Source: Myxococcales bacterium (lineage in GTDB: Bacteria > Myxococcota_A > Bradymonadia > Bradymonadales > Bradymonadaceae). From it: a stretch of 39,888 nt of DNA. Location of the stretch: the NCBI GenBank assembly GCA_007131755.1, contig SLPW01000101.1, positions 1 through 39,888 of the forward strand, written 5' to 3'. A model generated the notes under the pieces. That model was not told where the DNA came from. It ran no database searches and was given only the letters and a program-made list of their open reading frames with translations. A program made the position numbers and the translations under genes. Below are positions 15,417-23,450 of the stretch, one piece after another (the first letter of the stretch is position 1; each line of letters begins with the position of its first letter).

Positions 15417-16313
15417 TCAGGCCGACGAGGCTGCGGGTTTGCGGGCTACGGCGACGCGATCTCGATCGCCGTAATCGGTGATGATCTCGATGTCCTCAAA
15501 GTCCTGGGTGGCGAGAAGATCGCGAACGGCCTCGGCCTGTCGATGGCCGATCTCGAAGAGCAGATAGCCGCCGGGCCGAAGAGATAGTCGGGCCTGTGGG
15601 ATCAGACGCCGTATGACGTCGAGGCCGTCCTCTCCTGCAAAGAGGGCGTTCGCCGGCTCGAAGTCACGCACTTCTGGTTGGATGTCGTCGCGATCCCTCT
15701 CCTCCACATATGGGGGGTTGCTGACCACGAAGTCCAGGGGAAGCCAGGTGCCGGGAAGGGCGTCGAGGAGGTCGCCCTCAAAAAAAGAGATGCGTTCCTC
15801 GAGCTGGTGGGTGGAGGCGTTTTTCCTTGCCAGGTCGAGGGCGTCTTCGCTGGTATCGGTGGCGGCGACTTGAAGCAAGGGGCGTTCGGAGGCGACGGCG
15901 ATGGCGATGGCCCCACTGCCGGTGCCGATGTCGACCAGATGGCCCGCAGAGTCGGTATCGAGCAATTTCAGCACAGTTTCGACCAGAACTTCCGTATCGG
16001 GCCTGGGGATGAGCACCCTGGGATCGACGGCCAACTCCAAGCTCCAGAATTCGCGACTCCCCAGGATATAGGCACAGGGTTCGCGGCGGGACCGTCTTTT
16101 GACCAGGGCCCGAAAGGTGGACAATTCCTCTTCGATAAGAGGACGATCGTATTGGGTGTACAGGTGGATACGGTCGACGTCGAGGACGTGGGCCAAGAGC
16201 AATTCGGCGTCGAGTCGCGGGGAGTCGATCCCCTTTTGTTTGAAGAAGTCCGTCGTCCAGCGCAGAAGTTTGAGGATGGTCCAGGGGGGGCCGAGGGGTT
16301 TGTCTTCGCTCAT
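15417..16313 (-). CDS. prmC: Peptide chain release factor N5-glutamine methyltransferase
   Basis: Track ORF 15417..16385. The internal ATG at 16313 (MSEDKPLGPPWTILKLLRWTTDFF) is preferred. SAM motif LVDIGTGSGAIAIAVA and catalytic NPPY (VVSNPPYVEE). Confidence 0.9.
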   Translation of the reverse strand: MSEDKPLGPPWTILKLLRWTTDFFKQKGIDSPRLDAELLLAHVLDVDRIHLYTQYDRPLIEEELSTFRALVKRRSRREPCAYILGSREFWSLELAVDPRVLIPRPDTEVLVETVLKLLDTDSAGHLVDIGTGSGAIAIAVASERPLLQVAATDTSEDALDLARKNASTHQLEERISFFEGDLLDALPGTWLPLDFVVSNPPYVEERDRDDIQPEVRDFEPANALFAGEDGLDVIRRLIPQARLSLRPGGYLLFEIGHRQAEAVRDLLATQDFEDIEIITDYGDRDRVAVARKPAASSA

Positions 16314-16483
16314 GGGGCGATCCGTGGGATGAATGGAACTGTGGAAAGCGCAGAGAGTTCGTCCGCGCAGGGGGCAACGTGGCAACAGGGATGGTGAACG
16401 TCAACCAGTGGGTGGTGGGAGTTGGGTAAGGGGTGGTAGGTAGTGGGCGAGTTGTGAATGGGAAGTGAAGAGTAGGTGAGGCG

Positions 16484-17758
16484 ATGAAACGAGCGATCGA
16501 GGAGGATTCGAGGACGCGGTTTTCGGTGCGTTGCGACGGGAGAAATCGCGCCTTCTTGTCTTTGGGAATGCTATCGCTGTCGATGGCGATGCTGGTGATG
16601 TTCTGGTGGCCGGGAGCGCCCGTGGAATTGGTGGCGCCCTGGCTGGGAGAGGGGTGGGGGCATTCGAAGGCCTGGATGTACGTGCTGTTTCTGGGATTGG
16701 TGGCGACGTCGGCGGCGTTGGTGGGAATGTATTTCGGGGAGTGGAGGCGGGGTTATCGGGTGAGCTTCGATGCCGAAGCGGGACAGGTGCATGCCGAGGA
16801 GTGGTGGGAAGGGGAGGAGGTGGAGACGTCCTTTCCCATGGGCCGCTTCTCGCGGGTAGAGGTCCACGAAGACGAGGATGGAAAGTGGATGCTGTCGGCG
16901 GTCTTGGAAAATGGTTCCTATTGGCAACTTCTGGACGGAGAGAGTCGCCAGGATCTGGAGGCCATCGCCGGCAGGCTGGGGTCATTGATCGAAGAGGCGA
17001 AGGGGGAAGAGTTCGTGGCGTCGCCGAAGTCAGTGGAGGTGGAGCGCGAGGAACACGGTTTTACAGCGGTGTGGAAGAATCGGTCGCACGGGGCGACGAA
17101 GGTTGGGTTTTCAGTGGCGACGGCGTTATTGGCGGCAGGGTCAATGGTTCCGTTGTTGGCGACCTTCGATGGCGAATGGACGCTGATGATGGGAACGCTG
17201 GCGCTGGCCGTGGGAGCTCTGTCGGTGGTGACCATCGCGCAGGTGAGGCTTCGCGGAGTCTCGATAGCCGCCGGTTTCTGGATGGGAGCGGTGGCGGCAG
17301 GAGTTTGCGGGCTGGGGGCGAATTGGGCCTATTTTCCGCTGGCAACGCTGGGATTGTGGGGAATGGGATCGATGACCGTCTTTGGAGTCAAAGACCTGTG
17401 GAGACCGCGAAAGCTGTGGCTGGAGATCGACCAATGGGGATGTGTGTATACACAGGGGGGAGCGATCACGGACAAAGAGGGAATCCTGAGAGTGAAGGAC
17501 CTGGAAGGAGCGTTGGCAAACGTCCATCGGCTGGAACCGTCGACGATGTGGCTCGTAGGGCCCGGGGGGAGGAGAGCGAATCTGGAGCGTTGCCTCCGTG
17601 GCGTGGAGCCTGGAGAGGAGCAGGAGGCAAAGGTAGAGCGTCTTCGGCTCGCCGGGTTGAGTCTCTTCGAGTTGATCTCACTGTCCATGATGGTGGACGA
17701 CGAGATTCGACGCCGAAAGGAAAGCGACGAGAAGATAAAAATACGCCCGCAGTTTTGA
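16484..17758 (+). CDS. Hypothetical integral membrane protein (about 6 TM segments)
   Basis: 424-aa ORF with hydrophobic segments (LSLGMLSLSMAMLVMFWW, WMYVLFLGLVATSAALVGMYF, VGFSVATALLAAGSMVPLLA, LMMGTLALAVGALSVVTI, AAGFWMGAVAAGVCGLGA, LATLGLWGMGSMTVFGV). The overlapping +1-frame ORF 16531..17772 is G/R-rich and is a shadow. Confidence 0.6.
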   Translation: MKRAIEEDSRTRFSVRCDGRNRAFLSLGMLSLSMAMLVMFWWPGAPVELVAPWLGEGWGHSKAWMYVLFLGLVATSAALVGMYFGEWRRGYRVSFDAEAGQVHAEEWWEGEEVETSFPMGRFSRVEVHEDEDGKWMLSAVLENGSYWQLLDGESRQDLEAIAGRLGSLIEEAKGEEFVASPKSVEVEREEHGFTAVWKNRSHGATKVGFSVATALLAAGSMVPLLATFDGEWTLMMGTLALAVGALSVVTIAQVRLRGVSIAAGFWMGAVAAGVCGLGANWAYFPLATLGLWGMGSMTVFGVKDLWRPRKLWLEIDQWGCVYTQGGAITDKEGILRVKDLEGALANVHRLEPSTMWLVGPGGRRANLERCLRGVEPGEEQEAKVERLRLAGLSLFELISLSMMVDDEIRRRKESDEKIKIRPQF

Positions 17759-17770
17759 AACTGCGGGCGT
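17743..17770. terminator. Hairpin overlapping the stop codon, between convergent genes
   Basis: ACGCCCGCAGTT..AACTGCGGGCGT, an 11-13-bp stem around the TGA at 17756-17758. A second small hairpin CCTCGA-TGG-TCGAGG lies at 17781-17795. No T-tract. Confidence 0.55.
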
Positions 17771-17817
17771 AGATCAGTTACCGAAGGGAGCCTCGATGGT
17801 CGAGGATCCTGCTCGAC

Positions 17818-18036
17818 TCAAATTGCACGGAGGGTGACCGTGCCGTCGTCGGCGACGGCGAGCTGTACGGCGTCGTTCAACTCTTCGATGGACGCCTCTT
17901 CGTCGTCTTCGTCAGCCTCTTCGGCCTCCTCTTCTTCCTGGGCTTCCTGTTCCTCTGCCTCGTCGGCTTCGTCGTCGCATCCCAGGAGGGTGATCATGGA
18001 GAGTGCGGTGAGAAGTGCAATGAGCTTGAGCTTCAT
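17818..18036 (-). CDS. Small highly acidic lipoprotein (72 aa)
   Basis: MKLKLIALLTALSMITLLGC lipobox followed by a D/E-rich run and a short C-terminal segment. Confidence 0.55.
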   Translation of the reverse strand: MKLKLIALLTALSMITLLGCDDEADEAEEQEAQEEEEAEEADEDDEEASIEELNDAVQLAVADDGTVTLRAI

Positions 18037-18163
18037 GGATGAATCTCCGATTAGGTTGGTTTGAAGTACTTCCAGTTATCGATCTGCAATCCGGGGAATC
18101 CATATAGATTTCCCAAAGCGCAGCTACCTTACGGTAACGGCTCGAGGCCAAACCATCAACGGT

Positions 18164-18403
18164 GCGCAGAATCTGCTGTGTGATCGGCGGTGATCGGTAG
18201 ATGTTCTTCAGAACCCCCAGGCACGCTGAACTGCGCGTGGCCTGCGGCTACGGGTCGAGCTTCGAGCGGTTTATGATTTGCGATGTGTAGCCTTCGCGAG
18301 CTCCGTTGCTCAACCCGTCGCCCCGAGCGAGCCGCAGTTACAGGCTGCCCTGGGGCGCAGAATCTCAGCAACCCATGACCGTCGATCACACAGCAGAATC
18401 CGG
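18164..18403. repeat. About 240-bp intergenic element bounded by imperfect terminal inverted repeats (MITE-like or structured RNA)
   Basis: The left end GCAGAATCTGCTGTGTGATCGGCGG (18166-18190) matches the reverse complement of 18379-18403 at 21/25 positions, with a perfect 15-bp core (18172-18186 vs 18383-18397). GCGCAGAATCT is also directly repeated at 18164 and 18355. Confidence 0.35.
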
Positions 18404-18428
18404 GGGGATCCCGGGTGATTGATCGGTC

Positions 18429-19931
18429 TCAGCCTTCTTCGCGAAGCCTGGATAGAGGACCTTCGGCGACGGTGGACGGGTCGAATTGAGGTGGAGTTCG
18501 AAGCGAAGCCACGGGATAGGTGCAGTAGAGGCCGGCGAGGATGGCGGCGGGTCGATGGTTTCCGCTCTTCTTTATGCCGCCGAAGGGCAGCCGGCTGGAG
18601 GCACCGACAGTGGAACGGTTCAGGTTGAGGATGCCCGCCTCGAGATCATGGGACATGTCGTCGAAGCGCTCTTCATCGGCCGTAAAGACGCTCATGGCGA
18701 GACCGTAATCCGTGGCGTTGGCCACGTCGATGGCTTCGCGATCGTCACGGACGGTGTAAATGATGACGTCGGGGCCGAAGATCTCGTCTGCCTGATGGGA
18801 TCCGCCGGGGTCGACGGTGGTTGCATGCCACAGGGCGGGGCGCACGAAATAACCGTTCTGGTAGTCGGGGTGGGCGCCTCCGCGAAGCAGGGCGGTGAGA
18901 TTTCCGCCCTCATCGTCCTGTTGGGCGTCGACGAATTTTCGAAATCCTGGCTTCGTGGCCAGCGGACCCATCAAGGGATCGTCATTGAGAGGATCGCCGG
19001 TGGTGGTGCGTTCGAAGAGATCGCGCAGACCATCGATGAGATCGTCGGCGACGTGGGAATGGACGACGACGCGGCTCGTCGCCGAACAGCGCTGCCCGGT
19101 GGTCAGACAGGCAGATTCGGTGATGGCACATAGGGCCTGTTCGAGATCGGCGTCGTCGAGGACGATGGTGGTATTTTTCCCTCCCATCTCGAGGGCCAAG
19201 AGCTTCGAGGGTTGCTCGATGGTCGCCTTTTTGATGCGCAGGCCCGTGCGGTAGGAGCCCGTAAAGAGGACGCCGTCGACGTCGGGATGAGCCGACAGGC
19301 CTGCACCGACGGGGCCGGGTCCCTGGACGAGGTTGACCACGCCGGCGGGGAAATCGGCTTCCTGGAGGCATTGGAAATACAATTGCATCGACAGGGGAGA
19401 GAATTCCGAGGGCTTGACGACGACCGAATTGCCCGTGGCCAGGGCGGGAACAAGGTGGCCATTTGGAAGATGGAGAGGAAAATTATAGGGCCCGACGATG
19501 GCCAGGACGCCGAGAGGGCGATAGCGCCAGCTTCCCTGCGAAAGGCCCTCGGGGTGGACAGGAGCCGTAAAGCGAAGACCTTCATCGGTCATAATGTCGA
19601 TCTTCTTGGTCAACGCACGGGCTTCCCCGAGGGCTTCCCAGAGGGGCTTTCCCATCTCGAGGCAAATGGCCCGAGCCAGTTCGTCTTGACGGGCCTCGAG
19701 GGCGTCGCGGAATCGGGCAAGAAACCGAAGGCGGTCGTCGATGGGGCGGCGGGCCCAGTCTTTCTGGGCGCTTCGGGCCGAGGCGACGGCTTCGTCGACG
19801 GCCTGTGTCGACCAGGGGAGCTCCATGACCGTATCATCGATACGGGCCGGGTTTTCACGTCGCCAGATCTCGGCGTCGTCGGGGCAGATCCATTGAGCGT
19901 CGATAAAATTGCCGCGGGCCTCATGGCGCAT
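18429..19931 (-). CDS. astD: NAD-dependent aldehyde dehydrogenase, succinylglutamate-semialdehyde dehydrogenase (AstD)-like
   Basis: ALDH motifs ALEMGGKN and TTGQRCSATSR (catalytic Cys). The C-terminal LPFGGIKKSGNHRPAAILAGLYCTYPVASL matches the AstD-type GxSGNHRP...YC.YP.AS tail from memory. The start is ambiguous (19931, 19982 or 20018). No other ast genes are nearby. Confidence 0.7.
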   Translation of the reverse strand: MRHEARGNFIDAQWICPDDAEIWRRENPARIDDTVMELPWSTQAVDEAVASARSAQKDWARRPIDDRLRFLARFRDALEARQDELARAICLEMGKPLWEALGEARALTKKIDIMTDEGLRFTAPVHPEGLSQGSWRYRPLGVLAIVGPYNFPLHLPNGHLVPALATGNSVVVKPSEFSPLSMQLYFQCLQEADFPAGVVNLVQGPGPVGAGLSAHPDVDGVLFTGSYRTGLRIKKATIEQPSKLLALEMGGKNTTIVLDDADLEQALCAITESACLTTGQRCSATSRVVVHSHVADDLIDGLRDLFERTTTGDPLNDDPLMGPLATKPGFRKFVDAQQDDEGGNLTALLRGGAHPDYQNGYFVRPALWHATTVDPGGSHQADEIFGPDVIIYTVRDDREAIDVANATDYGLAMSVFTADEERFDDMSHDLEAGILNLNRSTVGASSRLPFGGIKKSGNHRPAAILAGLYCTYPVASLRTPPQFDPSTVAEGPLSRLREEG

Positions 19932-20096
19932 CGTTTTGTCCTCGTCGAAGGTGGGAAAATATGGCGAGGTGATAATGGTCATGGTGGGGCGATGTGACAA
20001 GGACGACGATAAGGACATATGATTCGGATTAAACCCGCCGGTAGACGTGGTTAGGAATCACGCGTCGGGATAGATCGCCTTTCACCGGCGTGGAGG

Positions 20097-23000
20097 GTGT
20101 CCACGAACCATACCGAGAAGATCCTGAACTTCATGGCTGATGAATCTGCCGAAAAGTCGAAGTCGCAGCTCGATGAGACGTCATCGGACGTCGAAGAGAC
20201 GGCGAAGAAGAGCGCAGAGGGAGGGAGCGAGAAGAGTCCGCAGTCGGTGAAGGCCGATCTGCGCGCTCTGGAGGCGGTGCTAAAGCGTACGGGCCGCGCT
20301 CTGGGGCGTCCGGTGATCATCGAGGGAGCCCTGTGGTACGGGGTGACGTTGGTGGCAGTTGTGTTGTCGTCGCTGGTGGCGATGGCGTTGATCGCCGAGC
20401 ACGGATACCAGGTAGCGCGGTGGATCCTCACGGTGGGGATCGGCTCGGCGACGCTGGGAGCGGTGGTGGCGCTGGCGACCTATCTGTGGCGAAGACCGGG
20501 GCCGATGGATGTGGCGGCGCGGGTGCAGCGTCATAGCGGGGAGTTTCGAAGCGACCTGGTGGCAGCGCTGGAGTTTGGTCGAAGGCTTCGCGATGAGGGA
20601 GAGGATTCGCTGCGCGACGACGGGGTGAGCCCGTCCATGGCCAGAGCCCATCTGGCGCGGACTCTGGAGAGGGTCTACGACGCAGCGCAGAACCACTCCC
20701 TGGCGCATCTGGTGCCAGCGCGAAACCTGGCGCCGCCGGTACTGGCGATGTCCGGTGGCGTGGCCCTGCTATTGGTGCCCCTGTTGTTGAACCCGGGATG
20801 GACGCTGGGGGTGCTCAGCGGAGAGCGGGTGGGAACTCCCGTGGTCGGTGAGCGGGTGGTGGAGAAGACGATCGTGGGGAGTCTGGAGGGGGTCTTCGAA
20901 TACCCGGCCTATACAGGACGCCAGCGCGAGATCCGACCGCTGGGCACGGGCTATCTGGAGGCCCTTCAGGGCACACAGGTGAATCTGTACGCCACGCTGA
21001 TGCCCGGAGAGTGGGCTTCGGTGCAGATGATGGTGGAGACCGGCGACGACGAAGAGCCGCGGGTGGTGGAGATGAACCTGGGCGATCGCTATCGCGCGTC
21101 GGCCAGTATAACCATCGAGGAGAGCGGTCACTATTGGTTTCGTGCGCGCACCATCGAGGGGCGACCTGTTGAAGATCGACAAAAGCGGCGGATCGTGGCC
21201 GTGGAGGACGATGCTCCCCAGATCGAGATCGTCTCCCACAGCGGAAGAATAGGGGTGCAGCCCGACGATATCATTGAATTCGAGATCGAGGCCCACGACG
21301 AATACGGGCTGGAGTCGATCCGAAGAGCCGTTCATTTTCAGGGGGCGGAGGATGACGCGGAGTATGAGCGAATCGGGCGCAGCGAGTTGAGCAGTGAACC
21401 CAGGAGCGCCCAGCTGACGTCAACCCTCGATCTGGGGCCTCTGGACCTTCGGCCCAAGGATGCGGTGGTGGTGTATTTCGAGGCCCGTGACGTCAATCGG
21501 GTCACCGGGCCTGGCGAGGCGCGAAGTGATTCGGTGATCTTGTACGTAGAGAGTAAGGAGGACAAGCACCTGGAGAATATCGCCGCCCAGCAGCAGGTGA
21601 TGGAGGCGCTGTTGATGCATCTGGGCGATGTCTTGGAGTCGCCGGTGGGCACCCGTCAGTTGGAAGGGGGGTCCTATGAACAGAGGGTGGACGAAGAGTT
21701 GGGTGCTGGCGAGCGCATCGATCGGTATCGACGGGCGCAGTCCATCCATGAAAACCGTCGGCCCATTCTGGAGCAGATGGAGGAGCTGGCCAAAAAGCTC
21801 GAAGAAGATCCCCTGATGGTGTCGAGAAATCTCACCATCTTCGAGGGATTGACCGAGCGGTTATGGGCTCTGCATGACGAGGGGGACGAATTATTCGAAA
21901 GGTTGCAGCCCCAGGCGGATCGCCGCGATCTATCCCTGGGAAGACTGCAGGAGACGGCGGATTTTGTGGCCGACTCCGAGGAGACGCTAGAGCAAGGGGT
22001 GATGGCTCTGGAGGACCTCTTGATGACGCAGAAGATGGAGCTCGTGGAGAAGACGGCCGAAGATATCGAGGAGCTTCGCGAACAACTTCGCGACTTGCTC
22101 GAGCAGTACAGAGATACGGAAGACCCGGAGCTCAAAGAGGCCATCGAGCGCGAAATCCACAGGTTGCGCCAGCGAATGGAAGAGCTGACGGCGCGGATGC
22201 AGATGATGCTTCGGGAGATGCCGCAGGAGCATATCAATCTGGAGGCCTTGGAGGGGATGGAGATGGCGGAGCAGTCCGACGATCTGATGGCGCAACTGGA
22301 CGCTCTGGAGGACCTGTTGGCCGAAGGTGATATCGACGCTGCTCTGGCAGCGCTGGACGAAATGGGAGCTCATCTGGACGCCATGAATCACGAGATGGGC
22401 GATTCCTTCGCCGAGATGCAACCGTCGTCGGTCTCAGAGCTCGATCAAGCGGTCTCGGAGATGATGGATCAGATTCGGCAGCTCCAGGAGATGGAGCAGG
22501 AGATCATTGAGGAGACACGCCAGCTCAGCGACGATCTTCGTCAAGAGCGAAGCGAGCAATTGGAGCGAATGATCGAGCCCCTGACGCAGGAGTTGTTGGA
22601 GGCCATCGACGCCCAGAAAGAGCAGTTGGATCGAATGGAGGAGCGCGATCTCTCCGCCCAAGATCAGGCGGAAGTGGAGCGAGCTCAGAATACGATGGAA
22701 CAGCTCCGGGACATGGTCGAAGAGCGCGATATGGAGCAATCTCTGGAGCGGGCGGTGGAGGCCGAACGCAGGTTTCGCTCGATGCGCTCGACCATGTCCA
22801 TATCCGGGCGCTACGCGCAGGAGGGAACGCAGAGAAGCCGCGATCTGGAGCGCTCCCTTCGCGACGTGGGCCAGATGTCGCAGCGTGGAGAAGAGATCCG
22901 AGAGAGGATCGAAGATTTTATGGAAGCGGCGCAGCACGACCTGAGCTCCAGCGAGGAAGATCGATTCGACGAACTCGCCGATCGCCAGCAGATGGTACGA

Positions 23001-23450
23001 GAGCGAACTGAGGACCTGCGTCAGTCGCTGGAGGAACAGGCCGAAGCGCACCCGGAGCTGGACCGAGCAATGCAGCCTTCGCAAGACGAAGAAGGAGAGC
23101 CGTCGCAGGGCTCGCCGGTAGAGGAGGCGGAGCGGGCGATGGGAGAGGCCGAAGAGTGGCTTCGTGAGCGTCAGGTACAGCGCGCCCTCGACGAGGAGCG
23201 CAGGGCCCTGGAGCAACTGGAAGCCCTCGATCAGGGAATGGGGCAGGCCTTGCAGCAGCGGCGCCAGCAGGAGCGGGAGTCTGCAGAGCAGCGCGGCCAC
23301 AGTGATCGAGAACAAGTGGAGATCCCCGGCGAGGACAGCGGGGAGCTACGTGAGCGCATTCGCGAGGAGATGATGCAGGGGATGCGCGATGGGCGGGATG
23401 CGGAATTCGAAGCCGAAATCGAGCGCTATTTCCGGAGTCTGGTCGAATGA
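20097..23450 (+). CDS. Large membrane-anchored protein with a beta-rich middle domain and a very long acidic coiled-coil C-terminal region (possibly DUF4175-like)
   Basis: 1117-aa ORF. Two TM helices (YGVTLVAVVLSSLVAMALIA, WILTVGIGSATLGAVVALATYLW). A beta-rich region (FEYPAYTGRQREIRP...) is followed by about 600 aa of E/D/R/L/Q-rich heptad-like sequence ending EIERYFRSLVE. The start may be GTG 20097 or ATG 20133. Confidence 0.7.
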   Translation: MSTNHTEKILNFMADESAEKSKSQLDETSSDVEETAKKSAEGGSEKSPQSVKADLRALEAVLKRTGRALGRPVIIEGALWYGVTLVAVVLSSLVAMALIAEHGYQVARWILTVGIGSATLGAVVALATYLWRRPGPMDVAARVQRHSGEFRSDLVAALEFGRRLRDEGEDSLRDDGVSPSMARAHLARTLERVYDAAQNHSLAHLVPARNLAPPVLAMSGGVALLLVPLLLNPGWTLGVLSGERVGTPVVGERVVEKTIVGSLEGVFEYPAYTGRQREIRPLGTGYLEALQGTQVNLYATLMPGEWASVQMMVETGDDEEPRVVEMNLGDRYRASASITIEESGHYWFRARTIEGRPVEDRQKRRIVAVEDDAPQIEIVSHSGRIGVQPDDIIEFEIEAHDEYGLESIRRAVHFQGAEDDAEYERIGRSELSSEPRSAQLTSTLDLGPLDLRPKDAVVVYFEARDVNRVTGPGEARSDSVILYVESKEDKHLENIAAQQQVMEALLMHLGDVLESPVGTRQLEGGSYEQRVDEELGAGERIDRYRRAQSIHENRRPILEQMEELAKKLEEDPLMVSRNLTIFEGLTERLWALHDEGDELFERLQPQADRRDLSLGRLQETADFVADSEETLEQGVMALEDLLMTQKMELVEKTAEDIEELREQLRDLLEQYRDTEDPELKEAIEREIHRLRQRMEELTARMQMMLREMPQEHINLEALEGMEMAEQSDDLMAQLDALEDLLAEGDIDAALAALDEMGAHLDAMNHEMGDSFAEMQPSSVSELDQAVSEMMDQIRQLQEMEQEIIEETRQLSDDLRQERSEQLERMIEPLTQELLEAIDAQKEQLDRMEERDLSAQDQAEVERAQNTMEQLRDMVEERDMEQSLERAVEAERRFRSMRSTMSISGRYAQEGTQRSRDLERSLRDVGQMSQRGEEIRERIEDFMEAAQHDLSSSEEDRFDELADRQQMVRERTEDLRQSLEEQAEAHPELDRAMQPSQDEEGEPSQGSPVEEAERAMGEAEEWLRERQVQRALDEERRALEQLEALDQGMGQALQQRRQQERESAEQRGHSDREQVEIPGEDSGELRERIREEMMQGMRDGRDAEFEAEIERYFRSLVE

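Noticed and set aside
16531-17772. 413-aa ORF in an alternative frame of the 16484..17758 membrane-protein gene
   Set aside because: The G/R/V-rich low-complexity translation is characteristic of an off-frame reading of GC-rich coding DNA. The other frame gives clean hydrophobic TM segments.
18156-18389. 77-aa minus-strand ORF inside the TIR-flanked element
   Set aside because: No RBS, an R/A/G-rich composition and no transposase-like motif. It lies wholly within a probable non-coding repeat.
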